A DNA stretch of 61,282 nt, counting the filler, from Dimargaris cristalligena (taxonomy: Eukaryota): assembly GCA_003614675.1 (NCBI GenBank). It is 5 parts of 5 records of this genome, joined end to end, with 100 filler letters (N's around TTAATTAATTAA, not from the genome) between each part and the next. Parts side by side here need not be neighbours in the genome. Positions count along the whole stretch, not along the records: positions 1 to 12,215 come from ML003046.1; positions 12,316 to 24,516 come from ML003047.1; 3 more parts are not named here. One strand, written 5' to 3'. Of the stretch, positions 11,723 through 24,616 are shown piece after piece. Under the pieces are notes generated by a model, which was not told the origin of the DNA, made no database searches, and saw only the letters and a list, made by a program, of their open reading frames with translations. Position numbers and translations under genes: made by a program. Positions within the stretch are counted from its first letter, which is position 1, and every line of letters starts with the position of its first letter.

Positions 11723-12215
11723 GTATTGATGTTTAAATATATATCCTACTTTCATCATGCTGCCATGAGTACTTCTGGCTGTTTTCAAGACTTAAAGGCA
11801 ACTATGTCTGGGGAGATTATCTAACTACTCAATTTTGTAGAAAATGTCCTAGAAGAGATACTTATGAAATTGACACATAAAGACCTGTCATGGTTCAATA
11901 AGATGGTGATAATTTAATCAAATAGTATCATTTCTTTTCAAGTTATGCCATCCCATTGACTTGGAGATCCTTGCTATAGTTTAGTATACCTGATACTTCT
12001 CCCCCTAAAATGTTTTCAGCTATATTAGTTATTATAGGAAAAATATCTGAATATTTGCTAATAAATCCCAGTAATACCATAACTCTCAATTAATAAGTAA
12101 AATAATGACCAAAAACTAGGTTTTGCCTTGAATTACTTACATCTGGAAACCCAGGTGTAAAGAACTGAAATCAAATCCTTGAAAACTGAACTTTATTTGA
12201 AAAGATAGATAATAA

Positions 12216-12315
12216 NNNNNNNNNNNNNNNNNNNNNNNNNNNNNNNNNNNNNNNNNNNNTTAATTAATTAANNNNNNNNNNNNNNNNNNNNNNNNNNNNN
12301 NNNNNNNNNNNNNNN
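12216..12315. other. Assembly gap (Ns plus TTAATTAATTAA linker)
   Basis: Directly visible. Confidence 0.99.
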
Positions 12316-12372
12316 GTTAGAAGCCTACCCCCGAGACTCTTGACGGACTAAGAGTGGTTAACTCGGGTGACA
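12316..12372 (+). mobile_element. LTR end fragment with CpGs retained
   Basis: GTTAGAAGCCTACCCCCGAGACTCTTGACGGACTAAGAGTGGTTAACTCGGGTGACA aligns to 3190..3246. Confidence 0.8.
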
Positions 12373-13626
12373 ATGGACCAGGCCAAAGTGTGGACACAGA
12401 GGACCAGGCGCGTGCCCATTCATAGAAAAAAAGGTAGAGTTACGATGCCTCCAATCTTGGGAAGCAAGACTACCTAGGACAGCCATACTGCTTAGCAGTG
12501 GAACCTTGACTGGCCGAACACAGGTGAGCTATTCAAAAGGGTCTATTCAATTCTCGTTCCTTCTGTCTGTGCTTATATTGTTAGCCAGCGTGTGAGTGTT
12601 TAGGGCCAAGGAGATGTCGCATTTAGAATAATAGTTATTTTGATGGCAGATTGTTGAGCCCGATGAGTTTTCATTTGCGACTATATTTTAGTAAATCATT
12701 GGAAATAACCACCAAATTACGCATAAAAAAGAATGCGTTTTGACATAAAACCTCGCAAGAGTTTGCAGGTATATTCGAATCCCGGCTGACGAAACCATAC
12801 AGCGATGAACTTATTGAGAATTCGACATTGCTAGGGGGTCAGCTTTTATCCTCACCACCATACCTTTCGTCCACTGATGTTAGGCTGTAGCAATATTACC
12901 CACCCCGCTTCTGGAAATTGAAATATGTTAACTTTCGATGGAACTGGCGCCGTTTTTGATGGAGGAAGATCTGTCGTGGATTCCTTCTAAAGGAATTTCC
13001 TAAATAGCACTTGGCTGTCGGTAGGGAAGTCGGCGATACTGGGAACCAGGCCGTTGGTGACCGTAAGCCACCCTTTGACATGTCAAGCATACGGCCAAGT
13101 TGATTGCTTACTGCGAAGATAATGTGGATCCGCCACCATCATTTATTCCTTCGAGTTTGGTTGGGAACGAATTAATGGCCGACGAAGAAGACTAAGTAGC
13201 CAAGCTACAGGTTAGGTTGGGTTTCGAAATTTCAGAAGGAGTGATATACTCTTCGTTACTTCCCAAATCGAAGTCCGGAATTGTATGAACTAGGTTATGT
13301 GAAGTGCGGTGTAGCCTCGGGGATCACTGTACTTCAGCAATTGGCGTTGACGAGAATAAAAGGATGGCATCCGGCCCTCCAACCAGACCCATCATTAACA
13401 ATACATCGTTCCCTATTTCCTACACCCATTTCTTCTCTCAGCTACGCGCCACTCGGATACTAAGTATTCACCCCCGACTTCAACCCTTGCAGTATCCACC
13501 ACCATTTGACCAATCCGCTGCCCAATTACCCACAAATCCGAAACTTCTGGCACCAAACCTCTACAATTATTATCACTCATTTCGACGCCAAGAATATTCC
13601 ACTAAAATTACAAAATAAACCCTATC

Positions 13627-14853
13627 ATGCCCCGCCGACTCACCAGAAGCAACCTCATTGACCATCAACCAGACAAGCTGCATCGCACATTCGTAGATGG
13701 GTTGAGCAAATATGCCCGCAACAAAGACATCCTATCGTTATTTTCGGTCGGTCGTGCCCAAGAACAGGTCCTCCGTCCCTTTTGCTTTCGACGTGTACGC
13801 ATTGCAACGAGCTCCTCCGATGCCCATGAAATGCACAGTGTCTTAAGGAAATACCGGGAAAATATCCACCAAGTTACCCTGGTATTGGATAGCGAATTTA
13901 CCGCCGACCCCCGTTTTTGTGATACCCTTGGCCGTGTCATCAACATATTGGCAAAACTAAAAAGCCTGGTCATTGAAGTGTACCACCCCGCCCTCTTGCA
14001 AATGCTGGTCCGCCTTTTGGGCCCAGCTATTCAACAAGTTGAGAAATTTAAACTGGTGAACCCCATGCGCACGAATTTCTACATGAACCCATGGCCCGTT
14101 TTGATTCCAGAGAGACTACCTTATGGAATTGAAAATGATAATAGCACACTGGTTCTGGGTTGACACATCCACTGGGATGCTCATAGATGGCAGGCCGTAC
14201 TCAACTGCCACCAGAGTTTACGACGCCTAGTCCTACAGGACACAGCCATTTGCCATCTCTTGGATGTACTGTGAGCAACTTGGCAGTGCAATCATGTCAG
14301 AACAGTGGTGCTTCGGTGCCTAATTACACATGGCCCAATTGCCCTGGCAGCACCTCAGGCGGTGCCATTTCATATGAACCAGCAAATGGCCGGGTCAATT
14401 ACCAGTCTGGTTTTTCACGAGGTGGCTTTTGGTAGCAACCTCCTGAAGAGGGTAATTGACCTAGCCGGGTTCAATGTTTGGAAATTGCGGCTAGTTAATT
14501 GCACCTGTGATGAGCAGGAGATTAATTATGCACTGCGTTTCTGTCCACAGTTGACACACTTTGATTTGTGTCATCGTGATGCAATATTCACCAGGGATCT
14601 CGTCCCTAGTGAATTATCGACCACTATTTTAACACATGTGCGAGTCGCAGTAAACTACATTGTGACTGCATGGGTTTTGCCAGCCCTACACAGGCAGCAT
14701 TATTTACTGCGACTCAGCATATATAAGCCTAGCTGCCCCAGTTTTCGGGCTTTACAGCAGGCTCTTCCTCGGTTGAAGATACACTTCCTTTCAACCGAGG
14801 AGTATAATAATCTCGTAAATCGGAAATTTGTAGAGCGGGCAACAGATGGGTGA
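13627..14853 (+). pseudogene. F-box-like/LRR gene interrupted by two in-frame TGA codons (14161, 14272)
   Basis: ORFs 13627..14163 and 14305..14853 are in the same frame; the intervening sequence reads G*HIHWDAHRWQAVLNCHQSLRRLVLQDTAICHLLDVL*ATWQCNHVRTVVL; LRR-like motifs (FCPQLTHFDL, ALPRLKI). Confidence 0.7.
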
Positions 14854-16669
14854 TTTCTACTACCCGATCTGTGGTTATTTAGTATTGTAAATAAAATTCA
14901 AGGTTTTATATTTTGTTGTCATGTAGTTCAAGGGAGTTAGCGGCCACTATTTATATTCAGATGTGATGGGTCAGAGGGTACTGGTTAGGAAAATATTTGG
15001 GTAAAGAGCGGCCGCGGGTTATATTTCAATTGTGCTTCTTATGCTGTGTAGTGTTTTAGCAATCGGGCAGGTGGTTGAAAGTGGCTTCAAGTGGCGGTGA
15101 TAGTGTGATTGATTGTTTTTTGGTGCATTTGACTTCTTATAACATTTGTTGTAGAATGACCGACACTCCAGTCGCACATACTCAAGGGGATGCTAGATTG
15201 TAAAAGGTCCAGGGGTCCGGGGTCGTTGGTTGGTGGTACTTATTATAATTAAATGTTCAATGTGCATTTACCCTTCATTAAATGCCTGCGTTGGTGTTAA
15301 CGGTACAATTTGTCTATATCAGAGCTATTGTCTCACAGCCCCCCTATTATTATTTAGTAACATGTGACCTACCTAACGCCTAGTAAACTCGGTACTTTTC
15401 TTCCGGATTTGTTAGTTGTATATATCAGTGTTGTCGTCCACTAGCTATTCGATTCTAATTCCAGTTCTTGTAGGCCTGAGCCGGTAGTTTGGGTAGATCG
15501 ACATCATTCTAAAGGAGGCCAATTTCTAGAATCCGCTGACCAGTTGGTATCCATTTATTACAATTGGGTGATTCTGGCCCACTTTCGATTTTGGGCAACA
15601 TCGCCTTAGCCACAGTCATGTCTTAGAGTTGTGGCACGGCCCTTTGTCTATTTTTACTTAAATATCCTTAATGGCAGACTTAAACATTCCTGTAATTTTA
15701 TTATAGATTTGTTTTTGGATGATAAGGCATCGCCCAGGCGTCAATAGCGAAAAGCTCATCGTCGACTCTGTCCACTCTGTCAGGAATAGGGCGTATCTTG
15801 TGAAGCGCCGTAGGCGACTTTCTTTGGGCGTAAAACTAGAATTTGGCATATTGCGATACTTTCGGGGCATATTGAACCAATTAGGCATGTGGAAAATAAT
15901 GGAATAACTTCAATGGTTTGGTTGGTAGTACCAAAGTGGGTTTTAATTGTGAAATGATTTTTTATCATCGAACGTTTCCACCGTTATTTGCCTCAGTTGA
16001 TACGCTCCCGTACCATTACTGAGTGTTTTTAACATGTTCAGTTGCCAATTGAAACCATTAGATATATTAACGTTTTTTACATCTCCGATAGTTTTATGTT
16101 AGTCTATTTAACCGAAATCTTGAGATTTGCTGTACTCAACTGCATATACCAATATTAATCTGCCGTGGGTCACTCTTTAAGTGCCATCGTTTTCGCAGAG
16201 GCCAAAATATAACTCGAAAATGAACGGCCCCGTGTTGGCTTTCGAAAATGGTCAAGTGATCCGATATAATATTAAAGGATTCGTTTTAGTTCACTAATGG
16301 AAACATATTGGTTCTGTTAACTATCGAACATGTGGCCATACGAGGTGACCCGGCCATTGTTACTGTTGTGGATGGAAGGGTACAATACTGTAAAAATATT
16401 GTGTTTTGGAACTAACTTTAGTCATCGAAGCCCCCCAATGGTTTTTTCACCAAATGCCGTTCCGAGCTGGGACCCCATATTTATTACGGGCCACTCCCTC
16501 TTTTTCATTGGGGTAAAATCTCGGTTTATTTTACTCCATTGCGTTTCCAATTATTTCTACTCCAGTCTGTATATTTTATTATAGACTCCCTTCACATACA
16601 ACTTATTTTCCGACATCGCCCTCATTATTTAGTCCAGTGTTTAGTGTACTCAATACTGCTGCATTTACC

Positions 16670-16954
16670 ATGTTCAAAAAGATTTTTACAGCTATATTAG
16701 TCGGTCTGGTTGCTGGTCAGTTGTTTACGATAGTCAAAGCCGATGAAACTTCAATATTGGAGGATATTGGACCGAGAAGTGGAATTCAGCGTGCCATGAA
16801 ATTACAAGACATGAAAGTAAATGAATCCAGCTAGGGTTTGCTTGGGGATACAATGGACCATCGGTATACGCCTAAGTATAGTGGCAAAAGCCCCCCTGAT
16901 CCCTTGCTACTGAGCAAACAATACTCAAGTGTGTCCTTTTGGGCAGTATACTAA
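16670..16954 (+). pseudogene. Small signal-peptide ORF or degraded secreted-protein gene
   Basis: MFKKIFTAILVGLVAGQLFTIVKA looks like a signal peptide; TAG at 16832 is followed by 39 more open codons. Confidence 0.35.
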
Positions 16955-17502
16955 CCATGGCTAAGCAGGGCTAGGAAGATATCTGTTGGTTTTGGAAGGG
17001 ATTTAAAAATGATACAATAAACCATAGTATTAGCTCGCCCATCAATCCGGGGCTTTGCATGTGCCTGGAGTGTCTTTGGAAGAAACAATTGGATAAGGAT
17101 TAAAAGGTGAGGTATTATTTGGTGAGGCCACTGGGCATTGTGGAAATGGAATAGATACATGTTGTGTTGATTAGGTATGGAATGAGCCCTATTGGTAGGG
17201 TAGGGCACTTGAACCAATAATGCTGACCAAGCACTGGTTAATAGCTCTGCATAGGCTAACCGAGGAGTGTGCCAGTCAGGTCAACGTATTATTTAGTTTT
17301 GGCATGGCTGAAAACTGAATAATACAAGCAGACGTGGCCAAGGACCCGCTAATCACCACACCCTTTCCTATACTCTACTCACTGGCTATTTTATTCAGTG
17401 TCTTCGACTTTAAGACGGCCCAATGTGTTGTTGCGGTAACCAGTTGTTACTTTTCCGAATCTCTGGCACCCGTACCCGTATCTCCCAAGCTGGACCATAC
17501 CA

Positions 17503-17934
17503 ATGTTACAACCCCATTCTCTAGCTGGGCTGACCAGGTCAGTAGTATATAGAACCAAACTAAACCCCACAAGCGTCTTTCTGGTCCGGTACAAGACAAC
17601 ACAAGAAGGCGACTCCCCTGCCCCCCCTCTACACCGCCTCGTGGCCCAATTACCGGCCAAGCCCGAAGTTCCGTCCAGTGACATGTGCTGTATGAGCGGC
17701 TGTGCCCGCTGTGTCTGGGACATTTACAACGACGAACTCCACGAATTCGAACAGAGCTTGGAGACCGTGCAAAAGGCGTTCCGGGAAGCGGGGCAGCCGC
17801 TGCCCCAACGGGTCCAGGCGCTGCTCCAGGATGTCAAAGGGGATCAGGCTGGGAATCCCCTGGCGAAACCCGTTTCCCCAGAAATGGCGGCCATGCATGC
17901 GTTTATGGAACTAGAAAAGAAACTCGAGTCATGA
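17503..17934 (+). CDS. Oxidoreductase-like domain protein (OXLD1/UPF0651 family), possibly mitochondrial
   Basis: Family motif PEVPSSDMCCMSGCARCVWDIY; basic N-terminus; C-terminal AFMELEKKL. Confidence 0.85.
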   Translation: MLQPHSLAGLTRSVVYRTKLNPTSVFLVRYKTTQEGDSPAPPLHRLVAQLPAKPEVPSSDMCCMSGCARCVWDIYNDELHEFEQSLETVQKAFREAGQPLPQRVQALLQDVKGDQAGNPLAKPVSPEMAAMHAFMELEKKLES

Positions 17935-19384
17935 CCCAAGGCAGCTGGTCAAGGTGGTCCGTGGGGATGGAGTGTGGTATATATCTACGGGTGTGTGGGT
18001 ACAAGCCCCTCCTCCTCTTCTACTTCAACCGTAACCGCTGCCACTGGAGCCAGGCCTAGGATGCACCGAAGTGGGGACACCTGCTCCATTGCCCTCCCTC
18101 CTCGTATTTGGAAAGTGAATAACCAACCTGTCACTACTGGCCTCTAGGGGGGCAGCACATTGGACAAGGTTTTTCAATTCAGCAGGAGAAGTGTGGTGGC
18201 AGTGGAGGTCAACCATTGTTTAATTAGCCCAGGGGAGTAGCGCAACTGCAACCAAGGGGTTCGGGCCAGTGTGCCAGGAACTGTGGAGGTTCATCAGACT
18301 GTCCCACCTGCCCTTGTGTAGGGCAAGTCATTGTTGAACTCCCCCGGCTCTTTTTCACTCACTCCTCCCGTCGTCTCGCGATTCTCAATGAGAGGGAGAC
18401 GGGAGGAGGACTGGCTTGGCAGCCACCGAGGAGACGATATATCAGCATTGCATTGTCAATGGGTCGATAAAACATCCCCAATCCGCCCCACCTGTCCCCC
18501 ATTAGCGGGTGTACTTTAATCTCGACCCTCCCCAATAGCTCCAGCTGTGTCCGACAGTCTGTTTCATATTGCCCAATAATAATGAGAATATAATCATAAT
18601 AATAATAAAAGAAACCGACAAGTATCCTCCCAGGGCCCCGAAACCAAGTAGTGGAGAGAGAGAGGTTCCCATGGAACTCATAGTTGGTTTGTTTAGAATA
18701 CCTTCCAGCCACACGCCAACTAAGGCTGTGAGGAGAATCCAGATACCAGGGATCGTCGCGTGTATCTGACAAGGTGAAAGTGTCCTGCTGAATCGCCTTG
18801 AGGGTGGGGTGGGGTTGCATGCGCGGTCCAATGGACTCTAGGGAGGTGGGTGCAGGTTAGTGATACCGGCTGACTGACTACCTAACCGTCCGCCATGCAA
18901 GCTTGGGCAAAAGAACCCTACCTCCCGCGATATAAATAGGGCAAATTTGGTTAATATAAATAGATATAAGGGGTAAGAGGAGGAGGGGGACAACTATGTA
19001 AAAGAAGTGTACCTGCCCGGGAGGAGGGCAATCATTCGCCTAAAGGAGGAGGTGTCGATTTGATTCGTTCCAGGTCGAAATATTCGAGAGGCATGGAATG
19101 GCGGCTTTAAATAGCGGAGGGTGTGGGCCCCCGTTGTTCGGACCCCTTTCCCCTGTCAATTGGGTATCAACCGGCGATTATTTTTACCCCGTCTGTTTGG
19201 CTAGCTAGAATACCTTCTTATTTGTCGTTCTAGCTTTCTCCGCTTCACCCTATGTACTATAACTCCGCCACCGCTCTCTGCTTGACTGGACACATTCACC
19301 GCTGGTCCTTCCTTTAGCCCGCTTTTGCTACTCTATTCACCCGCTCTTCTTCTAGACTCCTAATATTCTCCACTAATTAATTAA

Positions 19385-19411
19385 ACACACACACACACAC
19401 ACACACACACA
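19385..19411. repeat. (AC)n microsatellite just upstream of the 19423 ATG
   Basis: Directly visible. Confidence 0.9.
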
Positions 19412-19422
19412 TTTACACTCGC

Positions 19423-22400
19423 ATGGCCCACGATTTCAGCGACTTCAACTTTGTCGATTCCATTTCGCCTCCTCAACCCCAAGCCGCCTCCCCGCCACCA
19501 ATACAACTCCCCCATCCACCGGCTCCTCAGCGCCGCGTTCAGCCCTACCTACCCCCGCCCCAGTACCTCCGCCCACCCGAGTCGGGGGGCTATTCGCCAC
19601 GGTCGGAGGAGATCGGCACCACCACCACCGCCATAGCCCCCGTTCCCAAACGCCGGTCTATCCTCCCGGAGCAAGTGCTACCCCACCAGGCCCTGCATGC
19701 CCTCAAACAGACCCCCAATAGTCGTCTCAACCAGCAGCACCCCTTAACTAACATCGCCAATGACGAACTGCCCGACTGGCTAGAGCCTCCACCCAAAGGC
19801 AAGCAGCCGCGTCCGCTCCGTCCGGCCCAGGTCCAATCGTCCACCCGTTGGGACGGACACCACCCCCTCGCCTCTGCCGTCAGCGTCGCCTCCCAGGCCG
19901 ACGACGGAGGGAGCAACATTGGGAACCCCCGGGGAGGTGGCGGTGGTCGCCCCCCACCCGGGCCAGGTCGGACGGCAACCGCCACTTCGTTCACCGGTAG
20001 TATGGCCAGCATACGTCAGATCGCCGCCTCCCGTTCCCGGCTCCGCTTACCTAAGCCCCCTGCCCTCAAAGTCATTCACCCCGCCGTGCACCACCACTCC
20101 GCTGCCGTGGAAGCCGTTCAGGCCCCTGTGTTGCGCGTGTTTATTGGGCCTTTAACCCCCGACTGGATGACCTTCTCCCTTAAACGAAGGTGGCGGGCCT
20201 ACGCCCCCCGGGACTCCACGGGGACCGGTCCTTCCCCGCCACCAGCGCTGTCAGGGCCCGCTGGCGGTGACGCCCCGCCGCAGTCCCACACCCGCACCAT
20301 CGACCACGTCGGGTCCATGTCCATTCCGCTCATTCGCGAGCCTACCATGGCCCTCCCAGCCGACCCCGACCCCCTTAGTAGTGCTGGTGAAGGCGACGAA
20401 GTGTTCGTCGGCTCCCCCCGCTCGCTCCTTGACGATACCCCTCGACTGCAGTCCCAGCGGTCGAACGTTACCTTCCGTATGCGACAGTCCCATGCCCCTC
20501 GGCACTCCCGCTCGACTATCAGTCAGTACCACACTCCCATGACCATGGTGACGAGTACCACGACTACCAGTCGGGCCGAGTCGTTCCATACCGCCGCCGA
20601 TAATATGTCCGTGGCAACCACCGAGAGTCTCGTCTACTCCCCGGGCCGGCCCCTGCCGGATCCGTACCCGTCGGACCCGTACGCCCCCCACTCGCGCCTT
20701 CACGACCCTCCACGTTCCCCCGCCGACCGCAAAAGTCTACGCAGTCAGAATTCGGGCCACTTGGCCCGTTCCCCACCAGGGCATGGTGCCCCCAATCCCT
20801 GGTTCGATCACTGTCAGGACGAGGCGGCTACTTCACTGCAGTCGCCCAGCCACCCCCTTGACCCGGATGGGGGTGAGTTGGTTCCTAACCCCGACCACCA
20901 GTTGGCCGACATCCAGGCCCGCGTCGAATCCTCTTTGCTCCAAAACACCCACGCAACTATCGTCCTGTCCCGCGTGGCCCCCGTGGCCATGCGGCGCGAT
21001 TACTGCCGACCCGAAATTGCCATGATGCACTATAACGAGTACTCGGCCCCCAAGTGTCGCATCATATCGGACAAATGGAAACACACCACCTGTATGATCC
21101 AACCCGGCGAGATTAATTTCTACCGTCGGTCCACCACCAAACCGGCCCTTACCATTCATCTTAGCAGCCGCACTCGGCTGTCCCTCTTTTCTAGCCTGGA
21201 CAACTCGTTGGCCATCACCTACTTTGAGCAGGATAGCGAACAGAAATCACGACATCAGTACCGGCGCTCCCTCCGACATTATTACCGTTCCCATCAGGCC
21301 AAGTCCATTTCGCACCGCCGGGTCGGCACCCAGCGCTCCCTTGACCTAAATGTCGGCCGGTACAACCAGGAACCCCACGCCGCGAATGCCAGTGGAGACA
21401 CGAGCCAACGCACGCCCACTCTACCCTCATCAGTGGGGGCGTTCACCCCCTTCAATTTGAGTGGCATCATCCACAGTGCTAACCGGGTCCGGCCCAAGCG
21501 CAGCCGTTCCCACCACCACCACCGCCATGCGAGCAAGAAGAATATCACTACGGCCGCGGCCATGTCCACGTCCGCCGCCGCCGCATCCGCTGCCCAAAGC
21601 AACAAACCCGTGCAGGCCGTGATCATTCGCTTCCCCACCGCCGCCGAGGCAAAAATCTGGTACCGCATCCTCCACTGCCACATTCTGCACGTGACTCCGA
21701 TTCCACGGACCATTGATCTCACCTGCCCCACTTTAAGCGCCTCCCCCTTCCGGTCCGTCAAGGTGGAGATTCCCCTCCAGGCCCTGCCCGTGGCAGCTTC
21801 GCCGACCCAGGGGGGCAGTCTATCGCCCGAGCACCCCAACCTCCCCTTCGCCGCTCAGTTTGAAATCACTGGTCCTCGGAGTGTCTGGGATGTGCGCACC
21901 ATGGCCGCCTTTGAGCTCATCGTGGAGTCCGAATGGGCCGGTGAGCTGGCCCGCTGGATCGAGAACCGGTCGTTGGCCGTCTGCATGAAACGGTTCGATC
22001 GGATCGACTGGTGCGTGTCTAATCTCACCGACGGCTGGGATGCCCTGGACCATAAATTGGTCATGGAGGGATACCGTATCGCCCAGATGATGAGTGAAGA
22101 TGATAGCGATGCCATGAGTGAGGAGGACAATGCCGCGGCCGCTCGGGAAAGGGCCTTGCGCGACCGTAACACCCGGTTGAATATGATTTCATCCTACAAG
22201 GGGGCGGTGCCCCCCACTCCTGGCCCAGGCCACTATGCTGCGACACCGGACCGCTTATTATTATTATCGGAAGACAGCAAAGCATCACCCTCATACACTT
22301 TCGATGCCTCAGGAGGGCGTGACGATGGGCTCGGGGATGACTCACCACGCTCACCCACTTTTCGCCGTCCCCCTGCTCATACTCCGTATATTGCCAAACC

Positions 22401-24516
22401 AGGGCGCCCGCGGCCCAATCGCCGAGGCAATGAAACCAAGCCGACTGTCGGGACGTCGACTGGGGGTGTGCACGGGAACTTTTACGGTCACCCGACGGAA
22501 AACGAATCGTCCTACTTTAGTGGGGTTGGGCTCCGCGAAGCCCATCTCGGTGGGACTTCTTCCCCCCAGCAACGGCAGCCGTACCCCCCTTCGCCCCTAA
22601 AATCCGTCTACCCGGGAACCGGACCCTCCCAGCAACACCAGCCGAGTTATGCTACTTCGGTGGACGACCACCCGCTCAGCCAATCCGCCCCCGTGGATCG
22701 GGTCCGTCGGCTGAAGGCTCGGCCGTCCTTCCCTGCCCTTTCCAACGCCGATACCGACGACGACGACGAAGACGATGTCCACCGGCGTCTCAGTTTCGAT
22801 ACGAAATCGTCCGGCCCGCGAAGCCAACGCCTGGCCGATTTACGTGATATCCTAGCCTCCCGCCCCGACCTGACTGACCACAATATCGTCGCCCACTTAC
22901 CCAGTGTCCACACCCCCTACGTCGGGCGATCCCCCACCCAGCCCTTCGGGGCCGCCCCAATCGACCCTACCCGGGGCGAAGGCCCCTCGGTGAATATGCC
23001 CGCCACACCTTTTAGCGAAAATGTGGCGGACCATCCCATTCTGTCCACCCATTTCATCGAACAGACCCACGAAATGCAACTCCGCGAACACTGTCACTAC
23101 CCCGATGCCGTGGTCCTTCCCAATGCCCACGAAATGCCCGAACCGAACCCCCTCGAAGGGTACCTGCTGCGGCGGCCCAAGCCCCACTCGTATATCGGTC
23201 GGTACCGGCAGATGTTCGTCATGACTTTTGACCACCACCTCGTGTGCGTCTCGTCCTACCGGGCCAAACAGTACGTGGAATCCGCCCTCCATACACCCGT
23301 GGAATCCCCCCCGCCCGACCAGCGGGACAACGATAGTATCCGTAACCCTTCGATCATTTCGTCGCACGTCAGTCAACCCCCCTCCCGCCGGGCCCAGCGG
23401 GAACCGACCCGTGACTTCACCGCACACCACCACTCCGCTTCGGCTTCGGCTTCGGGGCATCACCACCATCCCAATATTCGCCAGGTCAAACAAAAACTCG
23501 GCAGTAAACATGCGGGAGCAACCAAAGAACAGGTGATGGTTCAGCGGAATAATCCTTACGCTAATGATAATACGGTAGACTCGGCGGACTTTGTCATCCC
23601 CACCTCAATGCGGACCCGCCAACAGCGGGCCCGGAGTCGAGCCCCTTCGGCCCATCCCCGACTGCGGACATTATCCCGCTTGTTCGGCGCCTCCAAAGAA
23701 AACCTGGGCGACCTTGCCCCTGGACCGCTACTCCAGCCGGCCAGTTCGGCCTCCCCGGGGCATCTCGGATATGCCGCTACGACGTCGGGGGGAGCTTCGC
23801 TGTCCCAGATTCCTTACCAGTACCATTATAGTACCCATGCCCGGCTAGGTACTATGCTACGGCATGCGGGCGGGTTCTTTGACTTGACCCAGATTCGCTT
23901 TATTTACCCCGTGTCTTCCAGTGGGGTGTCCTACTTGTCGGATGCCGCTTCCCTCATGAATATGCCCCTGGCCGACAGTCACTCCGAGTTTGCCACAGCG
24001 GGCCATCTTGGTCGGGGTGGGGCGGGCGCTCAGCCTAACCCTTACGGCAGTTACGCCAGTTCCCATTTCCCCCACCACCATCATCGCCCCAGTAAGGGGG
24101 TGCTCGCCCGGTTCGGCGAGAGCCTTATGTTCTGGCGCTCCAAAGCCGACGAGGACCACTATACTTCGCATCCCCACCATGCAGCCCCCCCACCGGGGGG
24201 AGGAGGAGGACCCTCTCTCTATCGCCACGAGGTGTACCAAGTGGTAAATGACGGGCAGGGTCGGGAGCGGGAGGAGCGAGTCGCGGATGCGGCTTTGCGA
24301 AAGGAAACACGGTTCGATATCGTCATGAACAACGGTGCCGTCCTTCGACTCCAAGCGCCCACGAACGCCACTATGCGTGAATGGATCCGCCGACTCCTGG
24401 ACCTCCGAACCTACTGGATCTGTCGCCTCCAAGCGGATGCCCGCCACCGCTCCGAAGCGGCCCGGGTTAATTTGGGCCTCCAGATCGATACGCTGGGCTG
24501 CGAATCGGACATTCCC
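19423..24516 (+). CDS. Large PH-domain protein, Spo71/Mug56-like; 3' end lost in the gap
   Basis: About 1698 uninterrupted codons; PH segments (IHLSSRTRLSLFSSLDNSLAI, LAVCMKRFDRIDW, PNPLEGYL, NGAVLRLQAP...REWIRRLLDLRTYW) resemble fungal Spo71. Confidence 0.75.
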
Positions 24517-24616
24517 NNNNNNNNNNNNNNNNNNNNNNNNNNNNNNNNNNNNNNNNNNNNTTAATTAATTAANNNNNNNNNNNNNNNNNNNNNNNNNNNN
24601 NNNNNNNNNNNNNNNN
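24517..24616. other. Assembly gap
   Basis: Directly visible; both flanking convergent genes lose their 3' ends here, so the true gap exceeds 100 nt. Confidence 0.99.

Noticed and set aside
12260-12271. TTAATTAATTAA motif recurring four times
   Set aside because: Always centred in N runs; it is a scaffolding linker with stops in all frames, not biology.
19451-24447. Many overlapping and antisense ORFs inside the Spo71-like, TCP1, homeobox and APM1 genes
   Set aside because: Shadow ORFs expected from GC-rich codon usage.
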